From Centroscyllium fabricii (Eukaryota), in contig JBNRSN020000007.1 of assembly GCA_051313645.2 (NCBI GenBank), positions 247,132,001 through 247,196,000 on the forward strand: 64,000 nt of DNA. Reading direction: 5' to 3'. Shown here one piece after another: positions 24,499-38,600 of this stretch. Position 1 is the stretch's first letter. Each line of letters starts with the position of its first letter. Both the position numbers and the translations under genes were made by a program. The notes under the pieces are model-generated. The model did no database searches and was not told the DNA's origin. It saw only the letters and a program-made list of their open reading frames with translations.

Positions 24499-24822
24499 CA
24501 GCGGTCCCCAACCTTTTTTGTTCCGCGGACCATTTTGAGCTAGACAATTTTTTCACGGACCGGGGAGGGGGGGTGCTCGGGGCGGGTGGGGGGGGAATCA
24601 AGCGTTAAACGAGGCACAGACGGAAGCGGTCCAAAAAAAGCGTCGTAATTTAAACGAGGCACAGACGAAAGCAGTCCAAAAAAAGCGTTGTAATTTAAAC
24701 GAGGCACAGACGGAAGCGGTCAAAAAAAAATTTATTGACTCAATAAAATAAAAATTAAAACGCTTTCTTCATTCCTTCCGCGGCCCGGTACCGGTCCGCG
24801 GCCCGGCGGTTGGGGACCCCTG
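24499..24822. mobile_element. hAT-Charlie (MER1-like) MITE
   Basis: TIRs CAGCGGTCCCCAACC / GGTTGGGGACCCCTG; perfect 8-bp TSD GTGTAAAG; internal ~45-bp unit x3 (24604-24730). Confidence 0.9.
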
Positions 24823-25571
24823 GTGTAAAGGATCCAGTGGGGCACTGGTGAGTTTCAGAGGTAAGAACATTTTGAGAAATTCTTTTTTAATGCATTTATA
24901 CTTTTCTGTAGGTAACAAGTTTTGAATGTTATGTCTAGTCCACCTCATTGGGAGAACCTCTCACCAGTGACTGATCGCTTCTGTAACCTCAGCTGTAGCT
25001 GCCATCTGTTCGAGCCTAAGGAGGGAGTCACTGGGGAGTCTGGGTGCAGGAGCTCACCTTTGTACAGTGATTGCAGCATCTCAATGTTGTCAAACACTGA
25101 GAAATCAGCTGTCAAAAAAAATTGTGCGTGGTGCCTTTTAAGAAAACTGGCAGATGACGCGTCTTCAAATGACGTCATTGGACTGGCTTCATCTTAAGTG
25201 GCCGGCAAGCCCGCAGGGCAGGCTTAACAAGATCAATTGGCATGAAATCATGTCTGTGGGCCGAATGTAGTTAGGGGCAGGACTGGAAACCGAAAGCCAC
25301 CTGACCCGCACCCAAGCCGCATCGATCGAGAAAATTGCGGCCCGGTGTTTGTATTAACCGGACTCCTACCTTCGTGCACAAGCTTTGTAAGAAGCCGGTC
25401 TTGTCAACGGACTATTTTGTTCTTTGCTGAAAACATACAAAATTCTTACAGGGTAGATGCAGGAAGATGTCTCCCCTGGCTGGGGAGTATAGCACCTGGG
25501 GTTACAGTCTCAAGGGTTGGCCATTTAGGACTGAGATGAGAAGTTTGTTCACTGAGGGTGGTGAATCTTTG

Positions 25572-28500
25572 AAGAAATTTCTCCTCATCTCTGTCCTAAA
25601 TGGCTTACCCCTGATCCTTAGACTGTGACCCCTGGTTCTGGACTCCCCGGCCATCGGGAACATCCTTCCTGCATCTCGCCTGTCTAGTCCTGTTAGAATT
25701 TTACAAGTTTCGATGAGATCCCCTCACATTCTTCTAAACTCCAGCGAGTATAAGCCCAATCGACCCAATCTCTCCTCATATGTCATTCCTGCCATCCCAG
25801 GTATCAGTCTGGTGAATCTTTGCTGCGCTCCCTCCATGGCAAGAACATCCTTCCTCAGATAAGGCGACCAAAACAGCACACCATACTCTAGGTGTGGTCT
25901 CTCCAAGGCCCTGTACAATTGCAGCAAGACATCCTTGTTCCTGTACTCGAATCCTCTCACTATGAAGGCCGACATACCGTTTGCCTTCTTAACCACCTGC
26001 TGCTTACCTTCAGCGACTGGTGCACAAGGACACTCCGGTCTCGTTGCATTTCCCCTTCTCCCAATCCATTGCCGTTCAGATAATCTGCCTTCCTGATTTT
26101 TTCACCAAAGTGGATAACCTCGCATTTATCCACATTATATTGCATCTGCCATGCTTCTGCCCAATCACCCAACCTGTCCAAATCATACTGGAGTTTCTCT
26201 GCATCCTCCTCACAGCAAACAACCCCACCCAGCTTTGTGTCGTCTGCAAACTTGGAGATATTACATCTTGTTCCCTCGTCTAGATCATTAATATATATTG
26301 TGAATAGCTGGGGTCCCAGGACCAATCCCTGCGGTACCCCACTAGTCACTGCCTGCCACTCGGGAAAAGACCCCTTTATTCATCAGTGGTAGGGAAATTA
26401 TTGGAAAAAATTCTGAGGGATAGAATTAGTAGTCACTTGGAGGGACAAGGATTAATCAAGGATTGTCAGCATAGCTTTGTCAATGTCTGACCAACTTGAT
26501 TGAATTTTTCGAGGGGGGTGATTAGGTGTGTGGATGAGGGTAGTGCAGTGGATGTGGTATACTTGGTTTTCAGTAAGGCTTTTGATAAAGTCCCGCATAG
26601 GAGACTGGTCAAGAAGGTAAGAGCCCATGGGATCCAGGGCACCTTGGCACAGTGGATCCAAAACTGGCTTAGTGGCAGAAGGCAGAGGCTGATGGTCGAA
26701 GGTTGTTTTTGTGGCTGGCAGCCTGTGTCCAGTGGGGTACCGCAGGGATCAGTGCTGGGTCCCTTGCTGTTTGTAGTCTATATTAATGATTTGGATATGA
26801 ACGTAAAGGGTATGATCAGTAACTTCGCTGATGACACAAAAATTGGTGGGGTGGTGAATAGTGAGCAGTGAAGCCTCCGTCTGCAGGATGATATAGATGG
26901 GTTGGTCAGATGGCCAGAGCAGTGGCAAATGGAATTTAAGTCTGAAAAGTGTGAGGTGGTGCATTTTGGAAGGACTAACAAGGCAAGGGCATACACAATG
27001 AATGGTAAGACCCTAAGAAAGACAGAGGATCAGAGGGACCATGGTGTGTATGTACATGGATCCCTGAAGGCAGCAGGACAGGTAGATAAGGTGGTTAAAA
27101 AGGCATATGGGATACTTGCCTTCATTAGCCGAGGCATAGAATATAAGAGCAGGGAGGTTATGATGGAGCTGTACAAAACGCTGGTAAGGCCACAGCTGGA
27201 ATACTGTGTGCAGTTCTAGTCACCACACTATAGGAAGGTGTGATTGCCTTGGAGAGGATGCAGAGGAGATTCACCAGGATGTTACCTGGGCTGGAGCGCT
27301 TCAGCTATGAAGAGAGACTGGACAGGCTGGGGTTGTTTTCCTTTTGAGCAGAGAAGGCTGAGGGGGGACCTGATTGAGGTGCACAAAATTATGAGGGGCA
27401 TAGATAGGGTAAATAGAAAGGAATGTTTTCCCTTGGTAGAGGGGTCAATAACAAGGGTGCATAGTTAAGGGGCAGGAGGTTTAGAGGGGATTTGAGGAGG
27501 AACGTTTTCACCCAAAGGGTGGTTGGAGTCTGGAACTCACTGCCTGAAAGGGTGGTGGAGGCAGGAACCCTCACAACATTCAATAAGCATTTGGATGAGC
27601 ACTTGAAGTGCCATAGCATACAAGGCTACGGACCAAATGCAGGAAAATTGGATTAGAGTAGACAGGGCTCGATGGCCGGCACAGATCCGATGGGCCCAAG
27701 GGCCTCTTTCTGTGCTGTAAAACTCTATGACTGTATTCCAACTCTTTGCTTCCTGTCTGCCAACCAGTTCTCTATCCAAGTCAGTACCTTGCCCCCAGTC
27801 GCATGTTCCTTAACTTTACATGCTAATCTCTTATGCGGGACCTTATCGAAAGCCTTCTGAAAGTCCGAATAGACCACATCCACTGGTTCTGCCTTATCTA
27901 TTTTACCAGTTACATCCTCAAAAAATTCCAGTAGATTAGTCAAGCATGATTTACATTTTGTAAATCCACGTTGACTTTGTCCGATCCTGTCACTGTTTTC
28001 CAAGTGTTCTGCTACAGGGTATTACATGTTTTATAATGGACTCTAGCATTTCCCTGCTACCGATGTCAGGCTTACAATTCTCCACTTTCTCTCTACCACC
28101 TTTTTTGAAAGAGGGGTAACTTTAGCTACCCTCCAATCTATGGGAACTGTTCCAGAGTCTATCGAATTTTGGAAGATGACCAGCACTGCATCTACTATTT
28201 TTAGGGTCACTTCCTTAAGTACCCTAGGATGTAGATTATCAGGCCCTGGGGATTTATCAGCCTTCAATCCCGTCAATTTCTCTAACACCATTTCCCTACA
28301 AAGACTGATTTCTTTCAGTTCCTCCCTCTCATTAGACCCTATGTTCCCTGACATCTCTGGGAGGTTATTTGTGTCCTCCTTTGTGAAGCCAGAACCAAAG
28401 TACTGTATGTATTTAATTGGTCTGCCATTTCTTTGTTCTCCATTATAAATTCCCCTGATTCTGACTGCGAGGGACCTACGCTTGATTTCACCAATCTGTT

Positions 28501-29866
28501 TCTCTTCACATATCTATAAAAGATTTTACAGTCAGTTTTTATGTTTCCTGCAAGCTTACTCTCATACTCTATTTCCCCCCTCTTAATTAATCACTTTGTT
28601 CTCCTTTGCTGAATCCTAAACTGCTCCCAATCCTCAGGTTTGCTGCTTTTTCTGGCCAATTTATGTCTTTTTCTTGGATCTTATGCTAACCCTAATTTCC
28701 CTTATTAGCCACGGTTGAGTCACTTTTTTATTTTTATGCCAAACAGGGATGAACAAATTCTGTAGTTCATCCAAGCGATCTTTGAATGTTTGCCATTGCC
28801 TATCCACCGTCAACCCTTTGAGTAACGTTCCCCAATCCATCCTACCCAACTTGTGCCTCGTACCATCGTCATTTCCTTTATTTAAATTCAGGACCCTAGT
28901 CTCTGAGTCAACTACTTCACTCTCCATCTTAATGAAGAATTATATCACATTATGATCGCTCCGACCCAACGGGCCTCGCACAAAAAGATTGTTGATTAAT
29001 CCTTTCTCATTACATAGTACCCAGTCTAAGATGGTCTGATCTCCAGTTGGTTCCTCGATGTATTGGTCCATGAAACCATCCCGTACTCACTCCAGGAATT
29101 CCTTCGCCACAGTATTGTTACTAATTTGGTTAGCCCAATCTATGTGTAAAGTCACCCATGATAACTGCTGTGCCCTTATTGCACGCGTCTTTAATTTCCC
29201 GTTTAATGTCATCCCCAACCTCCGCATTACTGTTTGGGGATCTGTATACCAATCCCACTACTAACGTTTTCTGCCCCTTGGTATTTCTCAGTTCTACCCA
29301 TACGGATTCCACATCGTCAGAGCTATTATCCTTCACAATTGTGTTAATCACCTCTTTAACCAGCAATGCTACCCCACCTCCTTTTCCTTTGTGCCTATCT
29401 TTCCTGAATATTGAATACCCCTGGATGTTGAGTTCCCAGCCTTAGTCACCCTGGAGCCATGTTTCCATAATCCCAATCATTTACCTCTATTTGCCCAGTT
29501 AATTCATCCACCTTATTACGAATGCACCTTGCATTAAGACACAAAGCCTTCAGGCTTGTTTTTTTAAAAACTCTTCGACCTTTTTGAATTATTATTTACT
29601 GTGGCCATGTTTGATTTAAACCCTTGTTTTCTCTCACTGCCACCTTTGTTTTTCTCCTTCCTTTCTTTTGCTTCTATCCTTGTTTCCCTTTCCTCTGTCT
29701 CCCTGCTCAGGTTCCCAACCCCCTGCCATTTTAGTTAAACCCTCCCTCAGAGCACTAGCAAACACTCCCCCGAGGACATCGGTCCCGGTCCTGGTCCTGC
29801 CCAGGTGCAAACCGTCTGTTTTGTACTGGTCCCACCTCCCCCAGAACCGGTTCCAATGTCCCAGGA
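25572..29866 (-). mobile_element. degenerate CR1 LINE split by a nested CR1
   Basis: RT fragments 25724-26349 and 27725-28354, EN fragments 28661-29366; closely related to the 9866-15400 copy. Confidence 0.9.
26382..27733 (+). mobile_element. 5'-truncated CR1 nested in opposite orientation
   Basis: RT ORFs 26500-27468; flanked by TATTC (26377-81 / 27734-38). Confidence 0.9.
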
Positions 29867-30012
29867 ATATAAAATCTGCCTTTCAGCTTTGTTGTGTACA
29901 ACCATGTAACTTCTTATAATGGATGAATTTTTTTCTATGGAAAATTCAGTCTTGATGTTGCAAAGTAAAATAGGGCTCAGATTTTGGACAGAACATTTTG
30001 CACAATTGATCC

Positions 30013-30116
30013 TTGTTTATGCCTGCAGCATTAACAAACCACAGTTAGTAACACAACTGTGGTTTGTTTATGCCTGCAGCATTAACAAACCACAGTTAGT
30101 AACACAACTGTGGTTT
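30013..30116. repeat. 51-bp tandem duplication with internal hairpins
   Basis: TTGTTTATGCCTGCAGCATTAACAAACCACAGTTAGTAACACAACTGTGGT x2. Confidence 0.9.
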
Positions 30117-30602
30117 ACTGCTGGCCTCCAGCTAATTCAAGTATGCTCCACGGTGTCTAAATTGTCAGATTGCTTGTTCAACATACAGTTCTGTATGAGC
30201 AAATATTTTCTCCAATTAAATATTGGGAAGACCGAAGCCATTGTTTTCGGTCCCCACCAGAAACTCCGTTCCCTAGCTACCGACTCCATCCTTCTCCCTA
30301 ACGTCTATTTGAGGCTGAACCACACTATTCGCAACCTTGGTGTCATATTTGACCCTGAAATGAGCTTCCGACCACACATCCGCAGCATAACTAAGACCAC
30401 CTTCTTCCACCTACGTAAAATCGCCTGTCTCTGCCCTTGCCTCAGTTCATCTGCTGTTGAAACTGTCATCCATGCCTTTGTTACCTCTAGACTTGACTGT
30501 TCCAATGCATTCCTGGCTGGTCTCCCACATTCCACTCTACGTAAACTTGAGGTCATCCATATTGCCCATCACCCCTGTGCTCGCTGACCTACATTAGCTC
30601 CT

Positions 30603-32449
30603 CATAGATTCATAGAGTTATACAGCACAGAAAGAGGCCCTTCGGCCCATCGCGTCCGCGCCAACCATCAAGCCCTGTCTATTCTAATCCCATTTTCCAG
30701 CATTTGGTCCGTAGCTTTGTATGCTATGGCATTTCAAGTGCTCATCTAATTGCTTCTTGAATGTTGTGAGGGTTCCCGCCTCCACCACCCTTTCAGGCAG
30801 TGAGTTCCAGATTCCAACCACCCTCTGGGTGAAAACGTTCTTCCTCAAATCCCCTCTAAACCTCCCGCCCCTTACCTTGAAACGATGTCCCCTTGTTATA
30901 GACCCCTCTACTAAGGTAAAACGTTCCTTTCTATCTACCCTATCTATGCCCCTCATAATTTTGTACACCTCAATCAGGTCCCCCCTCAGCCTTCTCTGCT
31001 CCAAGGAAAACAACCCTAGCCTGTCCAGTCTTTCTTCATAGCTGAAGCGCTCCAGCCCAGGTAATATCCTGGTGAATCTCCTCTGCACCCTCTCCAAAGC
31101 AATCACATCCTTCCTATAGTGTAGCGACCAGAACTGCACACAGTACTCCAGCTGTGGCCATACCAGCATTTTGTACAGCTCCATCATAACCTCACTGCTC
31201 TTATATTCTGTGCCTCAACTAATGAAGGCAAGTACAGGTTGAAAACCATTAATCAGGCACGGGCGGGACCAGGACCACGTCGGTATAGTGAAAAAGCCGG
31301 AAGAATGAAGCCATCCAGTGCGCATGCGTACACCATTCAAAATTGCCGTGCGCATGCGCAGAACATTGGAAATGGTCGTCGCGAAATTTTGAATGATCTA
31401 CGCATGCGCCGCCGAACGGCGAGCACATGCGCAGATCATGCAATATGGCCGCCGCGAAGTTCTGAATGATCTGTGCATGCGTTCGGCGCATGCGCAGATC
31501 ATTCGCCGAAGCATCAATCCGGCCATTTTGCGCATGCGCAAGGCAGTCAGGGCAATTTATGCCGGACGACTGAAGTTGCCGGCTTTTCGGTTACCGGATT
31601 AACGGTCTTCAACCTGTATCCCATATGCCTTTTTAACCACCTGTCCTGCTGCCTTCAGGAATCTATGTACATGCACACCAAGGTCCCTCTCATCCTGTCT
31701 TTCCTAGGGTCTTACCATTCATTGTGTATTCCCTTGCCTTGTTAGTCCTTCCAAAATGCATCACCTCACACTTTTCAGGGTTAAATTCCATTTGCCACTG
31801 TTTCGCCCATCTGACCAACCCATCTATATCGTCCTGCAGACTGAGGCTTCCCTCTTCGCTATTTACCACCCCACCAATTTTCGTGTCATCAGCGAACTTA
31901 CTGATCATACCTTTTACATTCATATCCAAATCATTAGTGTGGACTACAAACAGCAAGGGACCCAGCACTGATCCCTGCGGGACCCCACTGGACTTCCAGT
32001 CACAAAAACAACCTTTGACCATCACCCTCTGCCTTCTGCCACTGAGCCAGTTTTGTATCCAGTGTGCCAAGGTGCCCTGGATCCCATGGGCTCTTACCTT
32101 CTTGACCAGTCTCCTATGCGGGACTTTATCAAAAGGTTTACTGAAATCCATGTATACCACATCCACTGCACTACCCTCATCCACACACCTAGTCACCCCC
32201 TCGAAAAGTTCTAATCAAATTGGTCAGACATGATCTTCCCTTGACAAAGCCATGCTGATTATCCTTGATTAATCCTCGCCTCTCCAAGTGGAGACTTATT
32301 CTGTCCCTCAGAATTTTTTCCAATAATTTCCCTACCACTGATGTTATCACTGGCCTGTAATTCCCTGGTTTATCCCTACTACCCTTCTTGAATAATGGTA
32401 CTACATTAGCTGTTCTCCAGTCCTCTGGCACATCCCCTGTTGCCAGAGA
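30603..32449 (-). mobile_element. 5'-truncated CR1 nested in L2
   Basis: RT ORFs 30684-31187, 31690-32196 and 32189-32431; GCTCCT on both sides. Confidence 0.9.
31235..31616. mobile_element. Tc1/mariner MITE (same family as 4258) nested in CR1
   Basis: TA|CAGGTTGAAAACC ... GGTCTTCAACCTG|TA. Confidence 0.9.
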
Positions 32450-34309
32450 GGCTCCTGGTTAAGCAGTGCCGCGATTTCAAAATTCTCATCCTTATTTTCA
32501 AATTCCTCCATGGCCTCGTCCCTTCCTATCTCTGTAATCTCCTTCAGCCCCACAACCCCACCCCTGGCAAAATCGCCCTGAGTGTCAGCAAGCAGTTCAT
32601 TTGGGTCAACATTATAACCTCATCTGGCATCCATTACTTTCTCGTAGGAAAAATAACTTGCGTACGTATACTTTACATATAATGAATTACTTTGAAATGC
32701 AGTGATTGTTATGTGGGTGAGGAGAATTAGTGCTGTGTGTTCTTTAATGACCACTAGAACAGACGGACAGTTTAACATTTTATTTGAACATTGTAATCTC
32801 CAAGAGTGCTGCGCCTTCTCAGTGCTGCACTGAAGTATGAGCCTGATTTGCGCTCAGGATCTGGAGTAGCACTTGTACCTGCAACCTTCTGACTAGTGTA
32901 AGTACTACCAACTAAGCCAAATCCCATTGGGAGCAAGATTGAGACCAGTTTTTTTTTTTTTCTCCCCTCCCTTGACCACCAAGACCAGTTGAGCAGCCCA
33001 ACTGCAACATTGGTAACTCACAACAAATCAAAGTTCAAATCTGGGACCTTTGTGATATTTGTATGGCTCAGCGCTGTCTCTGTGCTGCATTTCCTTCCTG
33101 AGCCATGGTGGAAGTTGCTCAACTGTAAAGTTTATATATGTAAAATTCTTCACGTAGTTGGGAATTTGTCGGGGCAGTTCAATGAATGTCTGCTATTCAT
33201 GTTTAAAAGTGCCAAAGTCTTTTGGCAGCTGGCAGGTTCCAAAAGAAAAAGATTTTAATCCTATCTGTCTAAATTGAATTTGCATCGCCCAATTCCATTA
33301 ATCTTGTTTAAATTTTATTTCCATTTCGTCACAGGTAGAAATTTCTTTGGCAATCAGACTTGTTCCTGGGACAAAAGATAGAAGACTTAATTTTGGTAGC
33401 TCTCATAATAGAAACATAGAAACATAGAAGATAGGAGCAGGAGTAGGCCATTCGGCCCTTCGAGCCTGCTCCGCCATTCAATGAGATCATGGCTGATCAT
33501 CCAAACCCAGCACCCCGCCCCTGCCCTCTCCCCATATCCCTATCGAGCCTGCACCGACACATATCCCACCCTATCCCCGTAACCCCACATATTCAATCCC
33601 GCTAACACTAAGGGTCAAGGGTTAATGTGAAGTATTAGACTCTCAACCAGAGAGTTTTGGGTTCAAGTGCAAGTCTTAACTAACAATAGAACTTCACAAG
33701 TATTGCCAATCTTGTCTCCGTCAAGACTGGGCATAGTGTTGGCAAGTTTCATAGAAGAGGGAAAAAACTGAGTCACTGAAGTGCATCTTCCTTATTGAAT
33801 ATCCCCATATAAAGTGTTGATCACCATCACTGTTCAAACTCTGATGCACGTCAGAGAAGAGCAGTGAGGCAGATCCCTAGCATAGGGGGCTGAGTAATGT
33901 GGAAAGATGGAAGAAACTTAGGCTTTTCAGCATTAAAATAATGCAACTGAGAAATGACCATATGATGTACATCGGTAGTAAATGGTATGGGAATTTTTTT
34001 TGGAGAAAAGGGGGAGTTTAGAGTTGGGGCAGTAGTTTGCCAGGCTAGTGTTCACTGGTGGGTTTTTTTAAGGGATGGAGCAATATCTGAAAGAAGAGCT
34101 TTTGGATGAGACGTTAAAACAAGGCCCCACTTTGCCTACTCCGATGAATGCAACAGATCCCATGCCACCATTTGAAGAGAAGTAGGGGAGTTCTTGTTCC
34201 CTAGCCAACATTCCTCCCTCATTGCTTCAACATCACCAGAACAGATTGGCTGGTCATTCTTTCATTTGCTGTTTGTGTGTTATGTGCAAATTGGCTGCTA
34301 TGTTTTAGA

Positions 34310-34872
34310 AACGCAGGAGTAGGCTGTTCGAATGGCGGCGCAGGCGCGAGGGGCCAATGAGATCATGGCTGATCATCCAAACTCAGTACCCCGTTCCTGC
34401 CTTCTTCCCATATCCCTTGATACCTTTATCTCTAAGAAATATACCTAACTCCTTCTTGAATATATTTAATGACTTGGCCTCAACTGCATTCTGTGGTCGA
34501 GAATGCCACAGGTTCACCACTCTCTGGGTGAAGAAATTCTTCCTCATCTCTGTCCTAAATGGCCTACCCCTTATCCTTAGACTGTGACCCCTGGTTCTGG
34601 ACTCTCCGACCATCAGGAACTTTCTTCCTGCATCTAGTTTGTTCAGTCCTGTCAGAATTTTGTAAGTTTCGATGAGGTCCCCTCTCAATCTTCTAAACTC
34701 CAGCGAGTACAAGCCCAATCACCCCAATATCTCCTCATACGTCATTCCTGCCATCCCAGGTATCAGCCTTGTGAATCTTCGCTGAATTCCTTCCATGACA
34801 AGAACATCCTTCCTCAGATAAGGTGACCAAAACTGCACACAAAAGGTGTGGTCTCACCAAAGCCCTGTACAA
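34310..34872 (-). mobile_element. CR1 3' fragment
   Basis: ORF 34383-34718 GLYSLEFRRLRGDLIETYK. Confidence 0.85.
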
Positions 34873-35624
34873 CTATCTCAGCTGTAATTGCACTTCAAAA
34901 GTTATCCATTGGTTTTAAAACACTTAAAGCACCTCATCACATCCTCAGAATGTTGCAATGTAAAATCATTTTGGTCTTGCTCCAAACATATAATTTTACC
35001 TCTATGCACCAGTGCCAACTGCAGTTGATATTACAGGAATATAGCCTTACCAAGAGAAAGCTAAATTGGAAACTCATTATTGAAAATGAAAGGGCAAGAA
35101 TGGCTCGCCACCCTCCCCACAAATGTTTTGTGGCAGAGCCCAGATGTGTCTGCATGTGCACCTTTTATGGGAGTTTTTGTCTGGGGTATCAAATGTATTT
35201 AAAATAGTTTAGTAACAATGGAGAAGAGAATGTGATGAGTTTACAGGGTACATAAGAACATAAGAAATAGGAGGAGGAGTAGGCTAATCGGCCCTTCAAG
35301 CCTGCTCCACCATTCAACAAGATTATGGCTGAGCTGATCCTAACCTCAAATCTACTTTCACTCTCCATCCCACCCGAGCCCATGTGATCTCCCGGGAGAG
35401 GCGCAAAACCAGACAAAAAGCCCAGTGGGTAAAATTGTTTTGTAATCGTACAGCTGTTGTCATTACACTTAAATATTTAAATTGAGCATGGCTATGTTGA
35501 GTTTGTTCTATTGGCAAAATCTTAATTGTTGTTCAGGTTAAAAACTGCTGTAAAATCTGGTGACTAGGATATAAGGTAATAATCTCTGGATTACTACCTG
35601 AGCCATGAGTAAATTGGCATAGGG

Positions 35625-38600
35625 TCCATAAAATCAGAGTTGAATGCATGGCTCAAGGATTAGTGTGGGAGAAATGGGTTTCGATTCATGGGGCACTGGC
35701 ACCAGTACTGGGGAAAGAGGGAGCTGTTCCCTTGGGACAGCCTTCACTTGAACCATGCTGGGACCAGTGTCCTGGCGAATTGAATAATTAGGGTTGTAGA
35801 TAGGGCTTTAAACTAAATAGTGGGGCAGTTGGTTCAAGCGAGGAGAAATTTAGAATGTTGAGGAGAAAGGACAAGGCAATAGTACAGGGTAGCAATATGG
35901 GCAATGAAAACCAGAGTGTGACAGGAAGGGACAGAGCGTGCAAACGTAATAATGCATCAGCAAAAAGGTCAGAGTAGGGGAAAATTGTAAGGCAAAATTA
36001 AAGGCTCTTTACCTGAATGCATGCAGTATTGGCAACAAGATAGATGAATTGACAGTACAAATAAATGGGTATGATCTAATAGCCATCACCGAGACGTGGT
36101 TGCAATGTGACCAAGGCTGGGAACTGAACATTCAGGGATGGTTGATATTTTGGAAGGATAGACAGAAAGGAAAAGGAGGTGGGGTAGCTCTGTTAATAAA
36201 GGATGAGATCAGTACAATGGTGAGAAATGATCTTGGCTCTGAAGTTCCAGATGTAGAATGAATTTGGGTGGAGGTAAGAAATAGTGAGGGAAAGAAGGCA
36301 CTGGTGGGAGTGGTCTATAGGCCCCCTAACAGTAGCTACACTATAGGACAGAGTATAAATCAAGAAATAATGGGGGCTTGGAAGAAAGGTTCTGCAATAA
36401 TCGTGGGCGATTTTAATCTTCATATGGATTGGACAAATCAAATTGGCAAAAGCAGCCTTGAGGAGGAGTTCATAGTGTTTTCGGGATGGTTTCTTGGAAC
36501 GGTTTCTTGGAACAATACGGTGTGGAACCAACTAGGGAACAGGCTATTTTAGATCTGGTAATGTGTAATGAAACAGGATTAATTAACGATCACACAGTTA
36601 AGGATCCTCTAGGGAAGAGTGATCATAACATGATAGAATTCCACATTCACATTCAGTTTGAATGTGAGAAACTTGGGTCTGAAACTAGAGTATTAAACTT
36701 AAATAAAGGCAATAACAAAGGTACGAGGAGAGAATTGGCTAAAGTGGACTGGGAAAATAGATTAGAAGGTAAGAGGGTAGAAAAGCAGTGGCAGACACTT
36801 AAAGAGCTATTTCATGACTCTCGGCAAAGATATATTTTAGTGAGAAAGAAAGACTCGAGAAGGATGAACCAACCATGGCTAACCAAGGAAGTTAAGAATG
36901 GTATCAGATTGAAAGAAAAGGCATACGATGTTTTAAAGATTAGTGGTAGGCCAGAAGATTGGGAAAACTTTAGAAACTGGCAAAGGACGACTAAAAATAT
37001 AATTGAACGAGAAAATAGCTTATGAGAGCAAACTAGGAAGAAATATAAAAACTGACATTAAGAGCTTCCACAAGTTTATAAAAAGGAGAGTAGCTAAAAT
37101 AAACGTTGGTCCCTTGGAGGACGAGACTAGGGAAATAATAATGAGAAACAAGGAAATGGCAGAGGCATTGAACAAATATTTTGTATCTGTCTTCACAGTA
37201 GAGGACACTAAAAGCATCCCAATAATAGTAGAAAAACAAGGGGCAAAAGGGAGGGAGGAACTTGTTTTATCACTAGAGAAAAAGTGCTAGGCAAACTTAT
37301 GGGTCTAAAGGCTGGCAAGTCTCCTGGATCTGATGGCCTACATCCTAGGGTCTTAAAAGAAGTGGATACAGAGATAGTGGATACGTTGGTTGTAACCTTC
37401 CAACGTTCCCTTGACTCTGGAAAAGTCCCTGCGGATTGGAAATCCACAAATGTACCGCCCTTATTCAAAAAAGGAGGGGGACAGAAAGTAAGAAAGTAGG
37501 AAACTATAACCAGTTAGCCTAACACCTGTCATTGGCAAAATGCTCGAATCCAATATTAAGGAAGTAGTAGCAGGGCATTTAGAAAATCATAATCCAATCA
37601 AACAGAGTTAACATGGTTTTATGAAAGGGAAATCTTGTTTGACAAATCTATTAAGAGTTCTTTGAGGAGGTATCGAGCAGGGTGGATAAAGGGGAACCAG
37701 TAGATGTAGTGTGTTTGGATTTCCAAAAGGCATTTGACAAGGTGCCACATAAAAGGGTACTGCATAAGATAAGAGCTCATGGTGTTGGGGGTACTATATT
37801 AGATTGGATAGAGGATTGGCTAATGGCTAACTAACAGAAAACAGAGAGTCAGGATAAATGGGTCATTTTCAGGATGGCAATCTGTAACTAGTGGGTTGCC
37901 ACAGGGATCAGTGCTGGAGCCTCAACTATTTACAATCTCTATATTAATGACTTGGATGAAGGAAGCCAGTGTATTGTAGCCAAATTTGCAGACGATACGA
38001 AGATAGATGGGAAGTTGTGAATAGAACATAGAGTCTGCAAAGGGATTTAGATAGGTTAAGCGAGTAGGCAAGAATTTGACAGATGGAGGAAAATGTGAGG
38101 TTATCCATGTTGGTAGGAAAAATAAATAAGCAAATTATTATTTAAATGAAGAGAGACTACATAATGCTGCGGTACAGAGGGATCTGGGTGTTCTCGTACA
38201 TGAAACACAAAAAGTTAACCTGCAGGTGCAGAAAGTAATTAGGAAGGCAAATGGAATGTTGGCCTTTATTTCAAGGGGGATAGAGTATAAAAGTAGGGAA
38301 GTCTAGTGAGACCACACCTGGAGTACTCCATACCGTTTTGGTCCCTTTATTTAAGGAGGGATAGACTTGCATTGGAGGCAGTTCAGAGAAGGTTCACGAG
38401 GTTGATTCCTGGGATGAAAGGGTTGTCTTATGAAGAAAGGTTGAGCAGGTTGGGCCTACACTCATTGGAGTTCAGAAGAATGAGAGGTGATCTTATTGAA
38501 ACATAGAAGATTCTGAGGGGGTTGGACAGGGTAGATGCAGAGAAGATGTTTCCCCTCGGGAAATCTAGAACTAGGGGGCATAGTCTCAGAATAAGGGGTC

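Larger units (their letters stand above)
30130..32560 (+). mobile_element. L2-clade LINE 3' fragment (30130-30602 + 32450-32560) split by a CR1
   Basis: FLQLNIGKTE..RNLGVIFD..IHAFVTSRLDCSN motifs; continues after the CR1 as FKILILIFKFLHGLVPSYL. Confidence 0.85.

Noticed and set aside
24912-25197. Possible coding exon (91-aa ORF after TGTAG)
   Set aside because: No recognisable homology or clear donor; the 3' half runs into repeat-like sequence.
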